A DNA stretch of 64,000 bases from an uncultured Bdellovibrio sp. Lineage in GTDB: Bacteria > Bdellovibrionota > Bdellovibrionia > Bdellovibrionales > Bdellovibrionaceae. A model generated the notes under the pieces. It was not told the origin of the DNA, searched no databases, and saw only the letters and a list, made by a program, of their open reading frames with translations. The position numbers and the translations under genes are program-made. Location: positions 224,001-288,000 of the forward strand of contig CAWVRN010000002.1 of the NCBI GenBank assembly GCA_963932905.1, given 5' to 3'. Positions 10,287 to 19,174 of the stretch are shown piece after piece; the stretch's first letter is position 1, and every line of letters begins with the position of its first letter.

Positions 10287-11339
10287 ATGCCAATTTTTAA
10301 ACGTGTATTAGCCATAGAAACCAGTTGTGACGATACTTCCGTGGCTGTCGTTAGTTCAGACAATCATGTATTAAGTATGATGGCCGCCAATCAGGACAAG
10401 GATCATGCACTATATGGTGGAATCGTTCCAGAGATCGCGAGTCGCAATCACACATTTACTTTATTGCCGCTGGTGAATCAGGTTTTAGGCCACGCTAATA
10501 TGACTTTAAAAGATATAGACGGAATTGCAGTTACAAATAGACCTGGCTTGATCGGCGCACTGATCGTGGGTTTGACGTCGGCTAAAAGTTTATCGATGTC
10601 GCTAGATATTCCGTTCATTGGTGTTAATCACCTTGAAGGACATTTGCTTGCGCCGTTTTTGAAAGACGATTCTTATGCGCCTCCGAGTAATTTTAATTAT
10701 CCGTTCTTAGCTTTAGCCGTTAGTGGTGGGCACACCAGTTTGTATGTTGTGCATGACCTAGGAAAATATGAAATCATCGGACGAACGAAAGACGATGCGG
10801 CGGGGGAGGCATTTGATAAATTTGCTAAAACGCTTGGGTTTGAATTTCCAGGTGGAGTTAAAATTGATCAGTTGTCAAAAGGTGGCAACGTGGCCTTTGT
10901 TGATTTTCCACGAGGCTTAATTGATTCCGCAACTTTGGATATGAGCTTTTCAGGATTGAAATCTTCGGGAATGCGCTACATACAATCAATCGGCGCCGAA
11001 GAGAAAAACAAAAACATTAATTCTATTTGCGCTTCTTTCCAGGAAGCTATTGTGGATACATTGGTTACTAAACTAAATTTGGCATTTAAAAAGTATAAAA
11101 TTAAAAATGTGGTTTTGACTGGTGGAGTGAGTGCTAATTCACGTTTGCGTGAAAAAACGCTAGAGTGGGCACGTCGCCGCGGTATTACAGTTGCAATTCC
11201 TCCCCTGCGTTATTGCACGGATAATGCGGCCATGATCGGCATTGCTGGGATACAACGATTAAATCGTGGTGAACATTCTGATATGGGTATTGGTCCAATG
11301 CCCGATTATTTAAAATCTGACTTTGTAAACGAGTACTAA
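10287..11339 (+). CDS. tsaD: tRNA N6-adenosine threonylcarbamoyltransferase TsaD
   Basis: IETSCDDT, GGIVPEIASR, NHLEGH, SGGHT, DDAAGEAFDK, CTDNAAMI; ATG 10287 likely start. Confidence 0.96.
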   Translation: MPIFKRVLAIETSCDDTSVAVVSSDNHVLSMMAANQDKDHALYGGIVPEIASRNHTFTLLPLVNQVLGHANMTLKDIDGIAVTNRPGLIGALIVGLTSAKSLSMSLDIPFIGVNHLEGHLLAPFLKDDSYAPPSNFNYPFLALAVSGGHTSLYVVHDLGKYEIIGRTKDDAAGEAFDKFAKTLGFEFPGGVKIDQLSKGGNVAFVDFPRGLIDSATLDMSFSGLKSSGMRYIQSIGAEEKNKNINSICASFQEAIVDTLVTKLNLAFKKYKIKNVVLTGGVSANSRLREKTLEWARRRGITVAIPPLRYCTDNAAMIGIAGIQRLNRGEHSDMGIGPMPDYLKSDFVNEY

Positions 11340-12155
11340 ATGACAGTTAAAGAACGTTTGGATTTATTTTTCTCAAAATTTCCCGTTGAAGCTAAAAAAG
11401 CGTTGGGACAGAATTTTTTAGTCTCAGATTATGCAGTTACAAAAATGATTTCGAGTTTAAAAGAATTTAAATTTGAGAATCTTATTGAAATTGGACCGGG
11501 GCCGGGCGCATTGACGGATGTTTTGAAAACATTGACACCAAATTTTCGCGTTCTTGAATTGGATAATTTTTTTCACGAGTATTGGGTCGGTCAAGGACTG
11601 CCAGCTATTCACACGGATGCTTTGCGATGGAATTGGAAAGAAGAAGTTCTTGATCCTCAGAGTACTGTTTTAATCAGCAATTTGCCGTATCAGATTTCGT
11701 CCGCGATTGTAATTGATCGATCTATGGATGAAGTGCCATTGCAGGCCATGATTTTAATGTTCCAAAAAGAAGTCGCGCAGAAAATCAGAATGAAGTCTAA
11801 AACATCTGAATTTGGTTTACTTAGCGTAGTAGCTCAAGTTTTTTGGGATATCGAAACTGTCTGTGATTTAAGTCCTAGAGACTTTTTGCCGGCTCCTAAG
11901 GTAGCCAGTCGGGTATTATGTTTTCGATCCAAGAAAACGGACATCCAGGATAAGAAAGCATTCTTAGTATTTTGCAAGGCCGGATTTGCGCAGAAGCGAA
12001 AACTGTTAAAAAAGAACTTATTGACCCTAAATCAAATGGATACTCAGAAAATTATTGCCTCTTTCCAAAATTTAAACTTGAATGAGACGTCGCGCGCGGA
12101 AGAGCTGTCTCCAGCTCAATGGGTCGCTTTATACAAAGATTTAGGTTTTAAGTGA
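11340..12155 (+). CDS. rsmA: 16S rRNA adenine dimethyltransferase RsmA/KsgA
   Basis: LGQNFL, EIGPGPG, SNLPYQIS, FQKEVA, RAEELS. Confidence 0.95.
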   Translation: MTVKERLDLFFSKFPVEAKKALGQNFLVSDYAVTKMISSLKEFKFENLIEIGPGPGALTDVLKTLTPNFRVLELDNFFHEYWVGQGLPAIHTDALRWNWKEEVLDPQSTVLISNLPYQISSAIVIDRSMDEVPLQAMILMFQKEVAQKIRMKSKTSEFGLLSVVAQVFWDIETVCDLSPRDFLPAPKVASRVLCFRSKKTDIQDKKAFLVFCKAGFAQKRKLLKKNLLTLNQMDTQKIIASFQNLNLNETSRAEELSPAQWVALYKDLGFK

Positions 12156-12604
12156 GTATATTACTAATTCAAGATAATAAAAAAGCCAGATTCGATTACG
12201 AGATCCTAGAGGTCATTGAGGCTGGTATTGTTTTGATGGGCAGTGAAGTGAAAGCATTGCGAGAAAAAGATGTTCAATTAAAGGATGCCTACGTATCCTT
12301 TCAAAATGGAGAAGCATTCTTACAGAATGCTCACATCAGTCCTTATAAAGCCAGCAGCTATAATAATCACACGCCTGAACGTCTGCGAAAGCTTCTTTTG
12401 AATCGTAAAGAGATCAACAATCTAATGGGCAAGGTTCAAGAACGCGGTTTATCGATCGTACCGTTAAAAATATTTTTTAAAAAGGGTATGGTTAAACTAG
12501 ATTTGGCCTTAGTGCGTGGTAAAAAAGCCCACGATAAACGTCAAAGCATTAAAGAACGCGAGTCTAACAAATCGCTTAAACAGACCTTACGACATTCTAG
12601 ATAA
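12152..12604 (+). CDS. smpB: SsrA-binding protein SmpB
   Basis: NKKARFDY, EAGIVLMGSEVK, RKLLL, GKKAHDKR. Confidence 0.96.
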   Translation: MSILLIQDNKKARFDYEILEVIEAGIVLMGSEVKALREKDVQLKDAYVSFQNGEAFLQNAHISPYKASSYNNHTPERLRKLLLNRKEINNLMGKVQERGLSIVPLKIFFKKGMVKLDLALVRGKKAHDKRQSIKERESNKSLKQTLRHSR

Positions 12605-12607
12605 AAA

Positions 12608-13300
12608 TTAGCTAACTTTTCTTTTACCGGCTTGAACGATGTTGTCATTTAGCGGAATAACATTTGTTCCTTTGCCGTTGATGAATTCATTTTTGTTTTT
12701 TACGGTTTGGTTGTAGTCCAAACCTAGTTGTTTACACTTCATTTGAACTAGTTTCTGCCACGCCAGCAGCGAGTCGCGATTGGCTTGGTCGATATTTAAA
12801 CTACGTAAGATTTCTAGTTCTTGTTCGGTATTGCTTCTGAGAACGCGATAAAAGTATTCATAGTTAATTTTGATAGAGTTCAATTCGCTTTTGTTAGAAT
12901 CAAAAACAATCGGGTCTTTAAAGTTACCAATCATCAACTGTTGTAAGTGGTCTTCGATTTTTTTGATAGGTTTGATGGTATTAGAAGTAAATTTTTTTCC
13001 GAAATAGAGAATTAGGGAAAAAGAAAGCAAGGCGCTGCTAATGCAGTAAATCCATAGCCAAGATTTCTCTTGATACAAGTTTGTGATCAAAGTCGGATAG
13101 GTATTAAAAGCGATGGATTCAAAGAAATAGTAGTTACGCGAGAAAAAGAAAATCAAAGGTATAGCAAAAAGTGTAAACGCGAATGCAGAAATGCACGCAA
13201 AAATCAGGACGTAGTTCCATTCGAACTGATTGTCATGCCAGCTTTGCTGCTGTTTATGATGAACGTTTCTATTAAGCAATTTCCTAGGACCTTGAAGCAT
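12608..13300 (-). CDS. Two-TM membrane protein with HAMP-like linker and no recognisable output domain
   Basis: Two hydrophobic helices, then KPIKKI..LMIGNF..SELNSI HAMP-like pattern. Confidence 0.55.
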   Translation of the reverse strand: MLQGPRKLLNRNVHHKQQQSWHDNQFEWNYVLIFACISAFAFTLFAIPLIFFFSRNYYFFESIAFNTYPTLITNLYQEKSWLWIYCISSALLSFSLILYFGKKFTSNTIKPIKKIEDHLQQLMIGNFKDPIVFDSNKSELNSIKINYEYFYRVLRSNTEQELEILRSLNIDQANRDSLLAWQKLVQMKCKQLGLDYNQTVKNKNEFINGKGTNVIPLNDNIVQAGKRKVS

Positions 13301-13368
13301 ACTAACTAATCGGAAAGGCCGGATAAAAGATGATTGCCTATAGCAAAGAAAAGGCTAAACTAGACGAT

Positions 13369-14076
13369 ATGACTAAATATTTTATATTCTTATTTGGACT
13401 TCTATTCCTACTTAACTGTTCTTCTACAGAAGATAAAAAACCAACGCAGCCTTTGGTCGAGGATAAATACAGACTTAAGGAAGATCGTGAAGAGATCAAC
13501 AAGCTGCGTAGCGAAGTTCCCGAAGAAAAGCGACAAGAGAACGATGAAATTGCACTTAATCTAAAATGGATGAATGAAAAACGCCTAAGTCCTTCCGAAG
13601 TGCGTAATCGTTTTTCACAAATGGCGTCACGAAAGCGCCGTATATTTAACCAAGACATAAATAAAGGTCGACAAGAATTCTCAAATCAAGAACGTAAGTC
13701 TCGTAAAGAGTTCGATGCGAAGCTAAAAGAAGAACGTGATTCTATCAAGAGTTATACTAAACGTACGGCCAAGGAAAAAAAAGAATCCATGGATGAGTTA
13801 GAATTAAAAAGAAAAGATTTTAATCTAAACCAAAAAACACAGCGTGATGCTTTTGAAGAAGAAGTAAAAGATAAAAAGAAAAACTTCGAAGACTACATGA
13901 GGCAAAAACAAGAAGAATTCAACGCGGATTTGAAAACATACACGAATGAGTACAACGATAGAAAGAAAGAAGAAAAAGATAAGCAAAAGCAAAAAGATAA
14001 GGAAAAATTAGAAAACAAATCGACGGAAAAAAATTCGGAATTGAAAAGGATACATTTGGAAACAGAAGGCCAGTAG
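13369..14076 (+). CDS. Highly charged coiled-coil lipoprotein
   Basis: Start MTKYFIF, lipobox LLN-C, K/E/R-rich helical body. Confidence 0.7.
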   Translation: MTKYFIFLFGLLFLLNCSSTEDKKPTQPLVEDKYRLKEDREEINKLRSEVPEEKRQENDEIALNLKWMNEKRLSPSEVRNRFSQMASRKRRIFNQDINKGRQEFSNQERKSRKEFDAKLKEERDSIKSYTKRTAKEKKESMDELELKRKDFNLNQKTQRDAFEEEVKDKKKNFEDYMRQKQEEFNADLKTYTNEYNDRKKEEKDKQKQKDKEKLENKSTEKNSELKRIHLETEGQ

Positions 14077-14083
14077 TTGGTAA

Positions 14084-14785
14084 CTAGCTGCTGATTTTTT
14101 GGAAAAATGTGCGATAGAGTTCCATGTTGATTCGAGATAGGTTTTTTTCGTTTTCAGTACTTAAATTGTAAAATTGAAATCCGTATAGAAACAGATCATG
14201 TTTTTTGTCGTTAATAACTTCGCTACTGTCACTTCTGTGTCGTAAATGTGCCTTTAACGTTAGGGTCGGATGCCCCGGAACATTAATGTCCAGCTCCACT
14301 TCATCCCCTAGTTTAATAGTTCGCGTATCTTTGTGTGAAGCGACTCGGATGCCCCTAGTGCTTAAATCAAATACGCGGCCAGAAAACAATTCTCCCTTGG
14401 CTTCAACTGTTACTTTAGACGATAACCCAGCCGGAAATTTTAATCGGTAATTTTCCCGACGCTGAATCATATAGAAATCAGCATCTAAAGTTAAACACGG
14501 TACATTTTTTTCTGTCGTGTAGTGACATTTAAAAATATAAAGATTTTCTTTTTTGTATAGAAACTGGCAGATAATTTCTTCACCGTTTAAGACAGAAATA
14601 TCGTTTTTTGTAAATCGAATTTGTAAAAGATTGGGAGCTTTAAATGCTTGCGGACGAACGATGAAAAGTTCACTTGTTGATTTGCAAAGGATGTCTTCGG
14701 GGTGAGAAACAAGGTCGGTAACGACCTTGTTTTTCTCTTCGTTAGTCAACTTTTTAAACTGATCATCTCGCTTGAGCGTGTCCAT
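14084..14785 (-). CDS. PilZ-domain c-di-GMP receptor (YcgR-like)
   Basis: QRRENYR (RxxxR) and DLSTRG (DxSxxG). Confidence 0.85.
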   Translation of the reverse strand: MDTLKRDDQFKKLTNEEKNKVVTDLVSHPEDILCKSTSELFIVRPQAFKAPNLLQIRFTKNDISVLNGEEIICQFLYKKENLYIFKCHYTTEKNVPCLTLDADFYMIQRRENYRLKFPAGLSSKVTVEAKGELFSGRVFDLSTRGIRVASHKDTRTIKLGDEVELDINVPGHPTLTLKAHLRHRSDSSEVINDKKHDLFLYGFQFYNLSTENEKNLSRINMELYRTFFQKISS

Positions 14786-14792
14786 AGTTCAT

Positions 14793-15092
14793 TTATGCGG
14801 CTTTTGGCACAGTTACTGGTTGGCAAATGCCTTTTTGACCAAGAACATTTCCTAGTGTACCCCAAAAACTTTCTTTGTGTTTTGTTTCATTTGGAGTGAA
14901 TTTGATTTTAGGAAAATCATTTTTTGTGTAGTGTTCGCAGAAGCTTTCTTTGTTTCCATTTCTCACAATTTTAAGCATCATAGAAAAATGGTCATTTGTG
15001 AATGTTTTGTTATCGACAAGAATTTGTCTTAACCCTTTTTCCGGGGTCATCGATAAAAAGTCATGCATTTCACTTGGATCATATTGAGACAT
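14793..15092 (-). CDS. Small hypothetical protein
   Basis: GGAGGA SD before ATG 15092; 7 bp upstream of the PilZ gene on the same strand. Confidence 0.7.
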   Translation of the reverse strand: MSQYDPSEMHDFLSMTPEKGLRQILVDNKTFTNDHFSMMLKIVRNGNKESFCEHYTKNDFPKIKFTPNETKHKESFWGTLGNVLGQKGICQPVTVPKAA

Positions 15093-15214
15093 AATGTGTC
15101 CTCCCATATAGATTTATCGGCGTATTTCGAAAAATTTGGAGTGAAAACGCTGAATTTTTCGTGCAGACTCAGATTCAAGTTGATGTAATTTGAAAAGTAA
15201 TTGGACAGTTTGTA

Positions 15215-16081
15215 ATGCATAATATTGAAAAGACATCTAATGTCATTCGATCCCTGAGTGGTCTAGTTAATTACCATGACTTGGTAATTGGGGTTAGTGA
15301 TGAATATCATGGATTATTTGTCAGGGGTCCTGATGGCGATAGGTTTTATAATTTTTCTGGGTATCCCGCTCATCTTAGCTATAAAGATCAAAAAAAAATT
15401 AAGCCTGATCAAGAAAGTATTTCGCTGATTTCGTTCGAAGGCCGTGAATACATAATTGCGTTTCCGTCACTATCAAAGCCGAATCGAACCGAAGTCGGTA
15501 TTTTCCATGTTTCCTATAGTAACGGTCAGTTGCAGATTCATTCTCATAAACGATTCCAAGTAGGAAAACTTTATAACGAGCTTGTCGGAAATCGGGAAGT
15601 TAATATTGAAGGACATATTCTGTTTGGTGATGATTTACTTCTGCTGAATCGAGGAAACCAAACTTCCTGCAGTGAATTAGTATCTATCAAAAATGGAATG
15701 TCTTGGCTTGAATACGTTGTGGGGCGATCTTCAGATAAAGACTTTTCTTATATAGTTTCAAAAGCTAATGTTGATTTGGGACAGTTTCAAGGGCATCCCA
15801 TTCATTGGACCGATGCTCTTCGTGACAAAGACGACATGATTCTCTTTTTAGCTACCGTTGAAAAAACAGATAATGCTTATGACGATGGTGTCGTGCTGGC
15901 CAGTTTTTTGGGTCGCTTTGATGTTAAGACTCATCAAGTTTTGGAGATTAAGAAAATTATAGATGCAAAGAAGGCCGAAGGCATTTGCCATTGGCAATCA
16001 CGCTATTTGGTAGCTATCGATTCTGATTCTCCAGAGATGGTAAATGAGTTTTATAGCTTTTCTCAAGACGTATTAGATTGA
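15215..16081 (+). CDS. Hypothetical beta-propeller-like protein (DUF6929/DUF3616-like)
   Basis: SLSGL, VSDE, NIEG, LLLNRGN, KAEGI, IDSD motifs. Confidence 0.5.
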   Translation: MHNIEKTSNVIRSLSGLVNYHDLVIGVSDEYHGLFVRGPDGDRFYNFSGYPAHLSYKDQKKIKPDQESISLISFEGREYIIAFPSLSKPNRTEVGIFHVSYSNGQLQIHSHKRFQVGKLYNELVGNREVNIEGHILFGDDLLLLNRGNQTSCSELVSIKNGMSWLEYVVGRSSDKDFSYIVSKANVDLGQFQGHPIHWTDALRDKDDMILFLATVEKTDNAYDDGVVLASFLGRFDVKTHQVLEIKKIIDAKKAEGICHWQSRYLVAIDSDSPEMVNEFYSFSQDVLD

Positions 16082-16161
16082 GTAGGACCTGGGAAAAATG
16101 GTTTTGACAACGCCAGCGTGGTCTCGTTAGCCTTAAAAAGAGTCAGGATAAGGAGATCTCT

Positions 16162-16656
16162 ATGTTTAAAATCTTAATCGCATTATTACTACCTTTGATG
16201 TCACAAGCGGCCTTACCACCCGCAAAAAATATTCAAAAAAGTCTTATCGTTGATCAAGGTGCTATCAGCGGCGGTATCGCAGGAAATGGATTTTCGATGC
16301 TTAAGATGCAATTAGTATCAATGCCATCCGTCAAAATGGAACGATACATTTTTGATATTGGTGATTTAAGAGGTCAAAAAATTAAAGGCCTCCCTGGTTT
16401 CTACCATGTGCAATTGGTTAAGAATCCACCTCAAGTCGTAATAGATTTCTCTCAAATGCCGGTTTCACGTGTTTTTGAAAATGATTTAACCAAAACGATT
16501 AAAAAATCTGTCTTAGTATCAAGCGGTAAGTTGATTTCAGACCCAACGGACAAAACATTAACTATGGTTTTGAACTTGAAAAGACCAGGTAAAATGAAAG
16601 TGATGCAAGTTAAAGGTGATAAAGACACTGGTAAGCTGGTTGTCGATTTATATTAG
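16162..16656 (+). CDS. Secreted AMIN-like domain protein
   Basis: Signal peptide; ERYIFD, PPQVVIDF, KLVVDL AMIN-like strands. Confidence 0.55.
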   Translation: MFKILIALLLPLMSQAALPPAKNIQKSLIVDQGAISGGIAGNGFSMLKMQLVSMPSVKMERYIFDIGDLRGQKIKGLPGFYHVQLVKNPPQVVIDFSQMPVSRVFENDLTKTIKKSVLVSSGKLISDPTDKTLTMVLNLKRPGKMKVMQVKGDKDTGKLVVDLY

Positions 16657-16674
16657 TTTCTAATCGAGGTCATT

Positions 16675-17406
16675 TTGTACGCGAAGATAGTTACTGCCAT
16701 TTTTTTTTCCACATTGTTTTGCCAAGCGCGCGTACTTAATTTAAGTGACGAAAAATTCTCTAGTTATTTTGCCCTTGAAGGCGGAAGTTCGCTTCTAAGT
16801 ACGAATCCGTTCGATCAAAATATAGCGAGTGTTGACTCTTATTCAGATGAATACAAAATGGGCCTAGGGGGTGAGTTTGGATTCGTCTATTCCTCACCTT
16901 ATGTGGGTTGGCGTTTTTCATTTGAGATTCTTAAACCATCTAAATTAAAGGAAGTCCAAGCTTTAGCAGGCTCGACAGCTCAACACATTGTGGATTCTGA
17001 TATTACCGCTGTGGCGCCTAAACTAGGATTGGAAATCCATTTAAACAAGAATCCTAATCATCGTTTTTATTTCTTTGGCTATTACGGATCATCAAATCTC
17101 ACGATGACTCACGTGTATTCGGGCGTTTCTTCACCTTATGTAGACCACACCGTCGAAGCCAAAGGTAGCGCAGCCGAAATGGGTGGGGGGCTTGGTTTTG
17201 AAATGAGTTTTGTGGATACCACTTCGATTACGTTTGAAGTGGGATACCGCAGCTTAACATTCAAAGAAATTAAGTATTCAAAAGACGTTACGACTTTCCA
17301 AGGTGCTAAAACGGTCGGCGAGGCTTTGACGAATTTAAATGGCGACAATCGCAGTTTAAATTTTTCGGGTGTCACGGGATCTATCGGTTTTCGCTTTTGG
17401 CTCTAG
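16675..17406 (+). CDS. Outer-membrane beta-barrel protein
   Basis: Signal peptide, amphipathic strands, C-terminal GFRFWL. Confidence 0.65.
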   Translation: MYAKIVTAIFFSTLFCQARVLNLSDEKFSSYFALEGGSSLLSTNPFDQNIASVDSYSDEYKMGLGGEFGFVYSSPYVGWRFSFEILKPSKLKEVQALAGSTAQHIVDSDITAVAPKLGLEIHLNKNPNHRFYFFGYYGSSNLTMTHVYSGVSSPYVDHTVEAKGSAAEMGGGLGFEMSFVDTTSITFEVGYRSLTFKEIKYSKDVTTFQGAKTVGEALTNLNGDNRSLNFSGVTGSIGFRFWL

Positions 17407-19172
17407 TAGAGACGGCTAATCACGTCTTTATATTTTTGATCTAATAATTTTCGCTTCACTTTTAATGAATGTGTTAATAAACCATTTTCAACCGTGAATT
17501 CATCAGCGATCACTTGATATTTTTTGATAGACTCGTGATTCGCCAATTCTGAATTCACTTTCATTATATGACGACGAATTTCATCCGCAAATTTTGAGCT
17601 ATTAATAATTTTGCTTATGTCCGACGAATCCAGATCATTAGTTTCAGCCCATTTTTTCGTTTGTTGGTGGTCTAAGCTTAACAGTGCAATGATATATTTC
17701 TTTTGATCACCATGGATCAGAACATTGGCAATCAGCGGATTTAGTTTTAACAAACCTTCTAATTTTTGAGGTGCTACATATTTTCCATTGGCTGTTTTAA
17801 TCAAATCTTTCTTGCGGTCAGTGATACGTAAATGGCCTGATGGCGTTAGTTCACCAATATCGCCTGTCTTGAACCATCCATCTTCAAAGGCCGCTGCTGT
17901 TGCTTGTGAGTCTTTGTAGTATTCGATTGCGACCTTATTGCTTTTCAGTAGGATCTCGCCATCTTCGGCAAACTTCAATTTTACGTCACCAATAGGGCGA
18001 CCGACGGTGCCGATTTGAAAATCATACGGTGTATTAACTGCGATCGCAGCGGTCGTTTCTGTCAATCCATAGCCCTCTAAAATTTTGACTCCGCAATGAG
18101 CAAAGAATTCAGCAATAACCGGATTCAAGGGAGCTCCGCCACTAACACAGAAACGAAGTTGGTTGCCAAACGCACGGCGCACTTTGTCTAAGATCAAAAT
18201 TTGAGCGACTTCAGCAAGGGCCCAGTCTTTCAACGGCACTAATTCAAACTTACGAGTTTTATCAAGTTTGTTTTTTGCTTGGTTCAGAGCCCAATCAAAA
18301 GCCGCTTGTTTAATTTTGTTGTTTTCAATGTTGGCAATAACAGCGATATAAACTTTTTCAAAAATTCTTGGAACCGCAAAAACAAATGTAGGATTGATCT
18401 CAACCAAGTTGTTTTTGATTTTTTCCATACTTTCGGCAAATGCCATTTCATAGCCAAAGTGAGTATGCGCCCAATTTTCAATACGCCCGAATACATGAGC
18501 GAACGGTAGAAAGGTTAAGGTCCTGTCAGCGGAGGTCGCTTGACAACTGTTAAATGCTTCCACAACTTCGCTGATTATTTGTCGATGCGTGAGTACAACA
18601 CCTTTTGGATTTCCTGTGGTTCCACTGGTGTATACAATAGATGCCATTGTATCAATTTTTATTGAGTTAATCGTCGATTGAATTGCCTTCGTATCCTCTA
18701 GAGTTGTTTTTCCGTCCAAAATTTTATCCCAACTGATGATCGGTGAATCAACAAGATCAAATTTATCAATGATTACGATCGTCTTTACAGACGGACACGA
18801 TTGACTGATTTTTTCCCATATGCGAACTTGAGTTTTGTTTTCAAAAAACAAAACTTCGATTTCTGCATGGTTAATTATATATGACATTTCTTCTGGAGTT
18901 ACGGCCGGGTAGATAGGGACAAGAACTCGTTTAGCACATTGAGCGGCTAGGTCTGTGACACTCCATTCATAACGTGTACTAGAAACTATACCGACTTTAG
19001 CGAGTTCTGCTTTTGTGTTTTTAAGCAAGAAATTACTGATTTTGAAAATGTCTTTTTGATATTCAGACCAAGATACTTTGGTCCACTCACCTTTAGCTTT
19101 TATTAAAAATGCATTTTTTTCAGATCGCAGATGAAAGTCGGCGACGGTATAGGGCAGTGGTTTGGCCGACAT
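17403..19172 (-). CDS. Long-chain fatty acid--CoA ligase
   Basis: YTSGTTGNPKG, GYGLTET, FKTGDIG, DRKKDLI. Confidence 0.92.
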   Translation of the reverse strand: MSAKPLPYTVADFHLRSEKNAFLIKAKGEWTKVSWSEYQKDIFKISNFLLKNTKAELAKVGIVSSTRYEWSVTDLAAQCAKRVLVPIYPAVTPEEMSYIINHAEIEVLFFENKTQVRIWEKISQSCPSVKTIVIIDKFDLVDSPIISWDKILDGKTTLEDTKAIQSTINSIKIDTMASIVYTSGTTGNPKGVVLTHRQIISEVVEAFNSCQATSADRTLTFLPFAHVFGRIENWAHTHFGYEMAFAESMEKIKNNLVEINPTFVFAVPRIFEKVYIAVIANIENNKIKQAAFDWALNQAKNKLDKTRKFELVPLKDWALAEVAQILILDKVRRAFGNQLRFCVSGGAPLNPVIAEFFAHCGVKILEGYGLTETTAAIAVNTPYDFQIGTVGRPIGDVKLKFAEDGEILLKSNKVAIEYYKDSQATAAAFEDGWFKTGDIGELTPSGHLRITDRKKDLIKTANGKYVAPQKLEGLLKLNPLIANVLIHGDQKKYIIALLSLDHQQTKKWAETNDLDSSDISKIINSSKFADEIRRHIMKVNSELANHESIKKYQVIADEFTVENGLLTHSLKVKRKLLDQKYKDVISRLY

Positions 19173-19174
19173 GT

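Noticed and set aside
12152..12700. tmRNA (ssrA) next to smpB
   Set aside because: Only 3 bp separate smpB from the next convergent gene; no tRNA-like ends seen
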